In this document: positions 16,227-23,861 of the stretch, in pieces
Layout of the letters: each line of letters starts with the position of its first letter
How positions within the stretch are numbered: the stretch's first letter is position 1
Position numbers and translations under genes: made by a program
Notes under the pieces: model-generated
Seen by the model: the letters and a program-made list of their open reading frames with translations, nothing else
The model's database searches: none
Told to the model about the DNA's origin: nothing
From: Candidatus Lokiarchaeum ossiferum
GTDB taxonomy: Archaea > Asgardarchaeota > Lokiarchaeia > Sigyniarchaeales > Promethearchaeaceae
Length of the DNA stretch: 32,000 bases
Direction: 5' to 3'
NCBI GenBank assembly: GCA_025839675.1
Contig: CP104013.1
Coordinates: 3,600,001-3,632,000, forward strand

Positions 16227-16356
16227 TTTAGAAAGCTGAATCTCGTGAGCTCAAATCTACACTAATATTGGTTGAATCGACTAAGGAATCGATCTTCTTT
16301 TCAATGTCATCTAATCTTTTTAAAATTTTAATTATTGTTTCTCCTAATGTCGGCAT
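16227..16356 (-). pseudogene. Microprotein gene copy 1, interrupted by a +1 frameshift in an A6 run (T6 at 16316-16321 on the plus strand)
   Basis: As sequenced it reads MPTLGETIIKILKKIR* with a stop at 16306-16308. Removing one A gives the 42-codon MPTLGETIIKILKRLDDIEKKIDSLVDSTNISVDLSSRDSAF*, which aligns over its whole length with copy 2. GGAGAAC lies 8 nt upstream of the ATG. It is absent from the ORF track because it is too short. Confidence 0.5.
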
Positions 16357-16409
16357 GCTGTTTGTTCTCCGTTTATTTTGAGGTATTTCTGGTTATTAAA
16401 AAAAAAGCA

Positions 16410-16529
16410 CTAATCACGTGCCGTTAAATCTACTTTTATTTCAGTCGAAGCAAGTACCTTATCAACTTTCTTTTCAATTTGATCTAATCGATCAAGTATT
16501 TTTACTACGAATTCTCCAATTGAAGGCAT
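16410..16529 (-). CDS. Microprotein gene copy 2 (39 aa): MPSIGEFVVKILDRLDQIEKKVDKVLASTEIKVDLTARD
   Basis: The ORF was translated by hand and is intact. GGAGAAT lies 7 nt upstream of the ATG. It is 23/39 identical to the frame-corrected copy 1, and many of the conserved residues use different synonymous codons (ccg/cct, tta/ctt, aga/cga, tca/tcg, acc/act, cga/cgt). Confidence 0.55.
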   Translation of the reverse strand: MPSIGEFVVKILDRLDQIEKKVDKVLASTEIKVDLTARD

Positions 16530-17186
16530 TTTTGTATTCTCCAGATATTTTCTTAATGCAATATTCTCATTTTTTTTATGAAATTTTGAGAATTATTAAG
16601 AATTCACCTTTGTTTTCTGAGTTAAATATCTAATTTTGAAAAATAAATTGGAAAAATTTTCAAGAAAAGTTCTGATTTTTTTGCTTTAAGTGTCAGTAAA
16701 CAAATTGGAATCATTTAAAACGACACAAAATTTATTCTCTAAAGTAGGGTTAATAACACGTTTTTTTGTCCAGAATTAGGTTAGAGAGATTATATCATGG
16801 ACATTTCAACTGTTAATAAATAAGAGAAAAAGAGAAGTGTTTTATAACTTCTTTTCGTGTATTTGATAATAGGTTTTTCAACTAAAGGATGATTGCCGCA
16901 TTCATTTGATTTTGTTGCAGGTAAAACGTATTTTGTGTCGCAAAAACCATCGACAATTTGAGCATTAGGATAAAAAAGAAGGTCTTTTCTAATAATAAAT
17001 TAAAATTAAGAGAATACAAGTTGATTTACATACGATTCTGGTTACAAATGCAAACCGAATTATGCGCATATAGCAAATATTTACAGAAATGTGTTTTAAC
17101 GACCTTAGTAAGTAACTACTTAGGTTTTTTAGACCATAATAGCTTCACAACCTAATATAGTATAATAAATTCGAAGTATAAAAAAA

Positions 17187-19244
17187 ATGAAAACCTTCAT
17201 AGAGATAAAACAAAATTTTTTGGAATTAATCACCAATCAAAATTCAGATCAAACAGTTCAACTCGAGGATCTCCAAGCCCAATTGCTTTCAATTCCGATT
17301 GACTCCTTCAATTACGTTCAATTCTGCGATTTAATAAAAAATTTGTGGAATTATGATTATTATGAATTAGTTTTAAAGTTTTCCCAAAGAATGGAATCCT
17401 TTTTTGAATCAAAAGAAGAAGATAAGTTGCATTCCAACCAAATTGAAAATTATCTCTATGAAGCTAGTGCTTTAGCTTGTTTATCTCAGATGGATTTAGC
17501 CCGTTCTATTTTTTCAAATTTATTGCGTGATGATTCACTTAGTGAGGATCATCGAGGAATCTGTTATTCAAATTTAGGGATAATTACTTTGATTGAAGGA
17601 AATACTGAAGAATCATTAGATTTTTTTCAAAAAAGTTGTGATTGCTTTGAAAAATCTCAAAATAAAAAAAACTATGCAATAGGCTCAAATTATTTGGGGG
17701 TTCATTTTTCCACAATTGGAAAATTGGACAATGCCATGCAGATGTATAAGAAAGGTTTGGAAATAAAAACGGCTGAGCACTATTTCATCTTACTTCCTCC
17801 AACTTATAATAATTTGGGTGAAATTTATTACAATTGGGGCGAGTTCGATCAAGCATCTCAGTATTATGAATTAGGTCTCAAATTCTCTGAAGATAACTCG
17901 AAAAACCCAGAAAAAATTTTTAAGATATTGGAAGATTGCCCGTGGTTTTTAACTCGATGGGGGGCAGCACCTGTAAGTTTTATTAGTGCGTTACAGCACG
18001 ATTCTTCCTTCTTTTTAAATAATCTCGCTCTTGTTTATCGATCAATGGGTGAAAATCAGAAATCCCTCGATTTCTTTAAAATGTCTTTGGAAACTGAAGA
18101 AAATTTTAGTAAAGATCATAATATCGCTGGAATTCTTTTTGAAATCATATATTTATTAACTGAATACCCCGATTTAGAAGATATATCAATCTATACAAAG
18201 AAATTTGAAGACTTGTATTTAAAAGTAGGACAAAAATCTTCCTTAATTCGCCAATATTTTATTTTAATGAAAGGTGTTCTTCATAGAAATAAAACGGACA
18301 TCCGAAGTATCGGAAAAGCAATGGATATATTTGAAATGTTGGTTAATGAAAATCTTCACAATGCAGACTTAATTAAATATTCACATTTATTTTTATTAGA
18401 ATCCTATTTAAAGGAACTGGAGTTGTTTGAAAATCTTGATACTTTAGCCAACGCGATTAAAATCAGCGAAAAACTCGAAATTGTTTCTAAAGATCTTTCA
18501 AATCCCGGATTATTCATCCAAATTTTGATAATTCAGAGTAAATTTGCCCAAATTCAATCCAACTTTAAATTAGCTAAAGAGAAGATTAGAATGGCTTTGG
18601 ATATTGCAGAGAAAAAGGATATGTACCGGTTGGCTGCAAATATTTATAAAGAATTGCAAAACCTCTCTAAAATTCAAAAAGTCTGGAAAGATATCGGTCA
18701 TATTAAATCTTCAATGGCAGAACGGATTAAGATGATTAAAATCAGTCCCTTAATATCCGCTATTAGTAAAAATCAATCTGAAGATATTGCTTCCATACCT
18801 GAATTTGCGTTAGAAAATATTAAGGTCGCCTTTTTTATGATGGCTGATATCGGTCCTGAGTTAATGTCCTATGAATCGATGCCTTTTATCGAAAATGAAT
18901 CAATTGTTCTCGAAAAAATCGCAATGTATTATTCGGTTATGTTAGGCCAAGGAAATTCTACAAATCAAGGACTTTATGGACCATTACCAATCCCAAATTC
19001 ACCGAATCATGTTTCCATAGTGTACACTTTTTATCTACCGAATAAAAATGCTCAAGATCCCCGTCTACAAGCAAATACTTATGGCATCATAAGTTTTCTC
19101 ATGCCTGAGCCCTTTGCAAAATTTTTTGCTGATAGAGAAAAGATTAATGAAAAAATAACCCATGAAATCAGCCAAATCAAAGATATTTCCGAAATCACTC
19201 GAACCACCATTTCCAACATCAAACTTGCATTAGTTCAGTTGTAA
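17187..19244 (+). CDS. TPR-repeat protein with C-terminal longin-like alpha/beta module
   Basis: TPR units are CYSNLGIITLIEGNTEESLDFFQKSCDCFEK, GSNYLGVHFSTIGKLDNAMQMYKKGLEI, YNNLGEIYYNWGEFDQASQYYELGLKF and LNNLALVYRSMGENQKSLDFFKMSLE. The last ~130 aa (IKVAFFMMADIGPELMSY...IAMYYSVMLGQG...HVSIVYTFYLPN...TYGIISFLMPE...INEKITHEISQI) have a beta-beta-alpha-beta-beta-beta-alpha residue pattern. Confidence 0.8.
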   Translation: MKTFIEIKQNFLELITNQNSDQTVQLEDLQAQLLSIPIDSFNYVQFCDLIKNLWNYDYYELVLKFSQRMESFFESKEEDKLHSNQIENYLYEASALACLSQMDLARSIFSNLLRDDSLSEDHRGICYSNLGIITLIEGNTEESLDFFQKSCDCFEKSQNKKNYAIGSNYLGVHFSTIGKLDNAMQMYKKGLEIKTAEHYFILLPPTYNNLGEIYYNWGEFDQASQYYELGLKFSEDNSKNPEKIFKILEDCPWFLTRWGAAPVSFISALQHDSSFFLNNLALVYRSMGENQKSLDFFKMSLETEENFSKDHNIAGILFEIIYLLTEYPDLEDISIYTKKFEDLYLKVGQKSSLIRQYFILMKGVLHRNKTDIRSIGKAMDIFEMLVNENLHNADLIKYSHLFLLESYLKELELFENLDTLANAIKISEKLEIVSKDLSNPGLFIQILIIQSKFAQIQSNFKLAKEKIRMALDIAEKKDMYRLAANIYKELQNLSKIQKVWKDIGHIKSSMAERIKMIKISPLISAISKNQSEDIASIPEFALENIKVAFFMMADIGPELMSYESMPFIENESIVLEKIAMYYSVMLGQGNSTNQGLYGPLPIPNSPNHVSIVYTFYLPNKNAQDPRLQANTYGIISFLMPEPFAKFFADREKINEKITHEISQIKDISEITRTTISNIKLALVQL

Positions 19245-19277
19245 AGATTCATTTAATTCTTCTTTTCTTTGATTTTG

Positions 19278-21305
19278 TTAGATGCGACGTTTTTTTATAT
19301 ATTTATGAGCAATTTCTCGGGTATGTTTTCCTGCTAGTACATGCAAATTTCGAAGTGCTCGTAAACTAATGGGATTAAAACGATCTAGAGGAAGATATAG
19401 GATGGAAATATCTAATAAACGGGCAATTTGATAGAAGATCGGTTTGGGTTTTTGAGTGGCTACATATGTAAGGATTTTTTTTTGGGCAAAAAGAATGGCG
19501 GCCATCAAGAGACGATCGGCTTTCGCTTTGGCCATAGGGTATTTCTTGACAAATTTTGCCGTCCAAATATTGGGGACCCCTCGAGGGGGAAAAAAAGAGG
19601 TAACTCCCCCTAATTCAATTCGAGAGATACCTGGACCCACTAATTCAATTCCAGGAAACGTACTATAGAAGGCCAAATCACTCTCTTGTTCATGTTCTGC
19701 ATACCACATCATTTCATGGGGATAGCGTTCCATTTCGTCATCATCCCGATCAAAAATAATTACAACTGAATCAACTTCACCACGGATGGGTCGTTCTTCG
19801 CGCACATAAATTTTATGTTCTAATGGCCAATTGCGAATGGTTTCACGAAAATCAATTCCATCCATTAATGTTGAGGTAAATTCATGTATTTTTACATTAT
19901 GATCCTTGAGTAAATTCATCGATCGTTGTCGTACGTGGCGAAAATAATCTTCTTCAAAAATATCTTCTGGAATATGGGAAGCTAAATCCCAGCGATCTTG
20001 ATTCCATGCCGCACGCCAATCGCCTTTTTGGTCTTCCTTGGGTCGAGGTTTGAGTGGTAATCGAATTTTTTGAATTTTAAGCGGGATATTTCTTCTTAAC
20101 TTAAAATATTTTCCATGAAGTAAAATTCCTTTATTAGTAAACGGTAAGGATTCTAATTTTGGATCTTCCACTGCATAAGGATAGTATTTACATTCCTCCC
20201 AGACTATCCAAGCGAAATCATCATTTACAATGCTTTTTGCAGCTAGAACTATTTCAAATAAATGAGGGGTGATTTTCGATTCGATCATCGGAAGATTCCG
20301 TATATATTGGAAAAGGGATTTCAATTTGTGTAAATTAATTTCTTCGTTATATTCCCGATGATATTGGGCTACACTCCGGTGGATGATTGTTTTAATCGCT
20401 TTGAAAAGGTCGAATTTAATCAATTCAAATTCAGAATTAGAAAAATTGGATATTTTGTCCATAGCCTTTTTCTGCCTTTTCCGAAATATCTCGAATTGTA
20501 AGACCGTATTGGGAGTTTCCAACATCACTTTTGGTAAATCATCTTGTAGAATATTGTAGATTTCCGCTTGGATTTCTGGTCCAAAGGCTGTTAGATCAGA
20601 ATTTCCTTTATTATTCTCTAATAAGATTTTAATGGCTTCCCAATGAGCCATTCCTAACACGATTAAGATCTTTTCTTCCGGATATTTTTGAATTAGCTCA
20701 CTCAATCGAGAAGCCATATAAGTATTACGCAAATCATCAATTTCTCGGGGATTTGACATCCAATTCTGAGCTTCTTTTCCGGTGGGGATTTGAGTCGAAC
20801 TTTCTGATTCTAATACATTTTTTTCCGCTGTATCTATATCCTTTTGTGTTTGAATTGTTTTCTCGGTCTCATTAAATTGCTTTTTGGCTAAATCCTCAAA
20901 ATGCAACTCTTTTTGAACTATTTCGTAGAATTCTTTGAGGGAAAGGAAATTTAACGCGTATGAATCAGGTAAGGGAGTCAAAACAGGATCATAATTCTTT
21001 ACAAATAAATCAATGAATTCAATGGGCAATCCATATTCCCTTCCCAACCGGATCGCCTCAATCAGGGAATCGGAAGGTATGATTGGAATATACAATTGCT
21101 GACCAAGTAATTCATCAAAATAAATAATAATGGAAATGCTTGGTAATCGTCGCACTCCTAGTAAAATTTTTTTTTCTAAATTCTCTGGAAATTCGACTGC
21201 GATGCGATCTGGAGGTGAATTATAAAAACAAGTCCGGATCTCATGGACAAAATCGAGATTAGAATGATAAGTTGGGATGATTGTTAAATTTTTATACCGA
21301 ATCAT
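19278..21305 (-). CDS. Large uncharacterised protein with TraB/GumN/ChaN-like (DUF5682-like) N-terminal module; second gene of AAA+ operon
   Basis: LTIIPTYHSNLDFVHEIRTCFYNSPPDRIAVEFPENL ... IPIIPSDSLIEAIRLGREYGLPIEFIDL ... ILIVLGMAHWEAI matches the TraB/ChaN-type pattern (strand-xxH ... PDxhxhE ... hhhhGxxH). The family assignment was made by eye only. GAGGA lies 6-10 nt upstream of the ATG, and the gap to the upstream gene is 20 nt. Confidence 0.6.
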   Translation of the reverse strand: MIRYKNLTIIPTYHSNLDFVHEIRTCFYNSPPDRIAVEFPENLEKKILLGVRRLPSISIIIYFDELLGQQLYIPIIPSDSLIEAIRLGREYGLPIEFIDLFVKNYDPVLTPLPDSYALNFLSLKEFYEIVQKELHFEDLAKKQFNETEKTIQTQKDIDTAEKNVLESESSTQIPTGKEAQNWMSNPREIDDLRNTYMASRLSELIQKYPEEKILIVLGMAHWEAIKILLENNKGNSDLTAFGPEIQAEIYNILQDDLPKVMLETPNTVLQFEIFRKRQKKAMDKISNFSNSEFELIKFDLFKAIKTIIHRSVAQYHREYNEEINLHKLKSLFQYIRNLPMIESKITPHLFEIVLAAKSIVNDDFAWIVWEECKYYPYAVEDPKLESLPFTNKGILLHGKYFKLRRNIPLKIQKIRLPLKPRPKEDQKGDWRAAWNQDRWDLASHIPEDIFEEDYFRHVRQRSMNLLKDHNVKIHEFTSTLMDGIDFRETIRNWPLEHKIYVREERPIRGEVDSVVIIFDRDDDEMERYPHEMMWYAEHEQESDLAFYSTFPGIELVGPGISRIELGGVTSFFPPRGVPNIWTAKFVKKYPMAKAKADRLLMAAILFAQKKILTYVATQKPKPIFYQIARLLDISILYLPLDRFNPISLRALRNLHVLAGKHTREIAHKYIKKRRI

Positions 21306-21325
21306 TCGTTTTCCTCAAATTTTTT

Positions 21326-22663
21326 CTAAGTTTTATTATCGTTCTTTTTTTTTTTTTCCTTTTTTTTTGAAGCTTTAGATGATTGTTTTTGACGTTCTTT
21401 ACGTTCCAAAAATTCGCGGATCATATCATTAGGATCACTTTCCGGGTCAATCTGTTCAAAAGATTCATCAAATGCGGGATTATTATGCGAAGAGTCGGAG
21501 TCATCTTTGTCAATTAAGTGAATAACATCATCTTCATTATCATCTAAAAATTCATCATCTTCTCTCTCCAGCCGATCTGATTCAATATAATAGCCTTCTT
21601 CTTCATCATCTTCATCAAGAAGTTCCTCTTCTAAGAGATCCTCATCAACATAATCATCTTCTGGATCGTCGTGGTCTGTGCTCGAATCCATAAAAACATC
21701 ATTTAATTTATCAAACATTGATTTGAAATGTGAATTCATTCGATGATCTTCTTGATAATTTGGTGATTCTGAAAGAAAATTGAACGCTTCAGGACCTAAA
21801 ATTTGACGGATTGACTGGCGAAAAAGACTCAAATCAAGATCAGGAGTATTTGGGTTTTCCCTTTCTAGAGGTTTTGTCTCTGGTTCTTTGTTCTTTTCTG
21901 TAAATTGTTCAATTTTTAAATAATACCGACAAATATTGATCCCATCTCGGATAGAAAATTCTTTATTATGAAGATGGGCTCGTTGCAAAAAATTAACCGT
22001 GTATAATAATATATCTTTCTTAGCATAAGGGAGATTAAATTTTAGAATTTGAAATTCTTCATTCCGATCGGGAAAATCAATCAAAATTTGGGGTTGAAGT
22101 CGACTGTGAATATATTCAGGAACTTCAAAAGTACTGGAATCATCATTCATCGTCACACAGACTCGAAAATTAGGATGCGCTTTTATCTTAATACCAGCAA
22201 TGATTGATTCGATATAACGTCGTTGATCAAGGAGTGGAGCAAGTGATGCCCAAGATTTTTCAGACATACGATTAGCCTCATCTAAAATACAGACACCTCC
22301 CTTTATCATGGCAGTAACCAATGCGCTCGCGTGATATTTAATGGTATTTTCATTGCTTATAACCGGGGTAACTAGCAAATCTTCTGGACGAGTATCAACT
22401 GTACATTGATAAATGTAAACTGGTAGGTTTATGGATTTGGCAGCACTATAAGCTAAAGTTGTTTTTCCAACTCCGGGTTTGCCTAAAATCTGAGGATTCA
22501 TAGGAATATCTTTTTTTTCATCAACCATCATCCACGCGGCTAGAAGTTGAGTCATATACGTTTCTCCTCCGATCCAATGCATATTGTCGATTTCATCGGG
22601 ATTATTTAAAATTAAATCCACGCCATCAATATTTACTGTTTTTCCCATTCCTTCTTGACTCAT
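21326..22663 (-). CDS. MoxR/AAA_5-type AAA+ ATPase with ~150-aa acidic then lysine-rich C-terminal tail
   Basis: Walker A is ILGKPGVGKTTLAY and Walker B is GGVCILDEANRMSE. The segments FRVCVTMNDDSS and EVPEYIHSRLQPQILIDFPDRNEEFQILKF (sensor/arginine region) are typical of MoxR/CbbQ/NorQ-like ATPases. The tail is DHDDPEDDYVDEDLLEEELLDEDDEEEGYY...DDEFLDDNEDD...KASKKKEKKKKNDNKT. Confidence 0.85.
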   Translation of the reverse strand: MSQEGMGKTVNIDGVDLILNNPDEIDNMHWIGGETYMTQLLAAWMMVDEKKDIPMNPQILGKPGVGKTTLAYSAAKSINLPVYIYQCTVDTRPEDLLVTPVISNENTIKYHASALVTAMIKGGVCILDEANRMSEKSWASLAPLLDQRRYIESIIAGIKIKAHPNFRVCVTMNDDSSTFEVPEYIHSRLQPQILIDFPDRNEEFQILKFNLPYAKKDILLYTVNFLQRAHLHNKEFSIRDGINICRYYLKIEQFTEKNKEPETKPLERENPNTPDLDLSLFRQSIRQILGPEAFNFLSESPNYQEDHRMNSHFKSMFDKLNDVFMDSSTDHDDPEDDYVDEDLLEEELLDEDDEEEGYYIESDRLEREDDEFLDDNEDDVIHLIDKDDSDSSHNNPAFDESFEQIDPESDPNDMIREFLERKERQKQSSKASKKKEKKKKNDNKT

Positions 22664-22798
22664 ATGATATTTTGATCTTAATTAGTAAATCTATTGCTAA
22701 ATGTTTTTAGAAACGGAGATAAAACTGAAAATCTACCATGGGCAAGTTAAACTTAAGATTGAAAATTTTATTTTGAGTGAAAAACAAATTTATATGAT

Positions 22799-23044
22799 AT
22801 GTCAAAATTCCCAATTCATCCTGGGTCGATTTCTTATTATGAGTTGATAAATGGTGAAGAAATACTTCAAAATAAACGATCTTCGCATGATATTCCGAAA
22901 TCCATGCTATTTAAAGAAATCAACGCCAAATGGATTCCCGTTGTGAAAGTAGTAATGATACAGAATGAAAAAATGCGGGAAATCCATGAATATGGACCAA
23001 ATGGGCAATTATTACAATCAACACTTCAACTGCAAGATGATTAA
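22799..23044 (+). CDS. Hypothetical protein (81 aa), translationally abutting the downstream MBL-fold gene (TAA followed immediately by ATG)
   Basis: It is an ORF only, and its stop codon (23042-23044) is directly followed by the ATG at 23045. Confidence 0.45.
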   Translation: MSKFPIHPGSISYYELINGEEILQNKRSSHDIPKSMLFKEINAKWIPVVKVVMIQNEKMREIHEYGPNGQLLQSTLQLQDD

Positions 23045-23842
23045 ATGATGAACAAGATCACAATTTTGCATAATGAGTATCCCTCCTTTAAGGAAGAATC
23101 CGCTGGATTTAGTGCATTAATTCAAATTGATTCTTCCAAGATTCTATTCGATACTTCCCTAAAAAATGATGTGAAATTTAACGCTCAGCAAGCTTCGATT
23201 TCATTAACGGAATTAGATTATGTCATCCTTAGTCATAGTCACTACGATCATACGGACGGATTAAAATTCCTGGATTTTGATCAAATTTCCCATCTTCTTG
23301 CTCATCCCGATTGTTTCACCCCAAAATTTGCAACACATGATGGTAAAGAAATTTACATCGGATGTCCATTTTACTTACCGTATCTTCAACGAGAAATGGA
23401 CGTGATCTTAACAACAGAACCCTTTTGGGTTATTCCCGAAAAAATGGTCTTCCTAGGGGAAATACCCCGATTAAATGAGTTTGAAGCTCAAAACCCCCTT
23501 GGTTATGATGAACATCACAAGCAGGATTTTGTGATGGAAGATTCAGCGGTAGTCATCAAAACTTCCCAAGGTTTGGCAATTATATCTGGATGTTCCCATG
23601 CGGGAATTTGTAACATTGTGGAATATGCAAAACAAATTTGCCAAGAAAATCGAATTTATATGATCCTAGGCGGATTTCATCTGTTTGAAGATCATTTAAT
23701 CCCTCCAACAGTCGCTTATTTTCAAGCTCAATCCATCAAACATCTATACCCTGCCCATTGCTTGAGTGATAAAGCATTTGTTGCACTGCAAAATATCGGA
23801 GGAAAAAGAATCTCCACTTTAGAAACATTACAATTACCATGA
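23045..23842 (+). CDS. Metallo-beta-lactamase-fold metallohydrolase (COG1237-like)
   Basis: It has the HxHxDH motif LSHSHYDHTDG, later His/Asp ligand contexts (SGCSHAG, GGFHL), and an N-terminal GFSALIQIDSSKILFDTS. Confidence 0.85.
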   Translation: MMNKITILHNEYPSFKEESAGFSALIQIDSSKILFDTSLKNDVKFNAQQASISLTELDYVILSHSHYDHTDGLKFLDFDQISHLLAHPDCFTPKFATHDGKEIYIGCPFYLPYLQREMDVILTTEPFWVIPEKMVFLGEIPRLNEFEAQNPLGYDEHHKQDFVMEDSAVVIKTSQGLAIISGCSHAGICNIVEYAKQICQENRIYMILGGFHLFEDHLIPPTVAYFQAQSIKHLYPAHCLSDKAFVALQNIGGKRISTLETLQLP

Positions 23843-23861
23843 GATATGATGAGGTATAGCC

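Noticed and set aside
16120-16230. 36-codon plus-strand ORF (MRFDLINIILKFTRTLTNVINKRKKGKNTICQFKIF) converging on microprotein copy 1, superficially type-I toxin-like
   Set aside because: It has no paralog, no conservation evidence and is of a length expected by chance. I record it only because it overlaps the 3' end of copy 1 by 4 nt.
16418-16633. 71-aa plus-strand ORF in the gene-poor island
   Set aside because: It starts at GTG and is antisense to microprotein copy 2, whose conservation pattern supports the minus strand. Its product is a low-complexity Leu/Phe/Gln string.
16958-17155. 65-aa plus-strand ORF upstream of the TPR gene
   Set aside because: It has a non-ATG (TTG) start, no recognisable motif and an AT-codon-driven composition (K/L/I/Y). 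There is no supporting signal.
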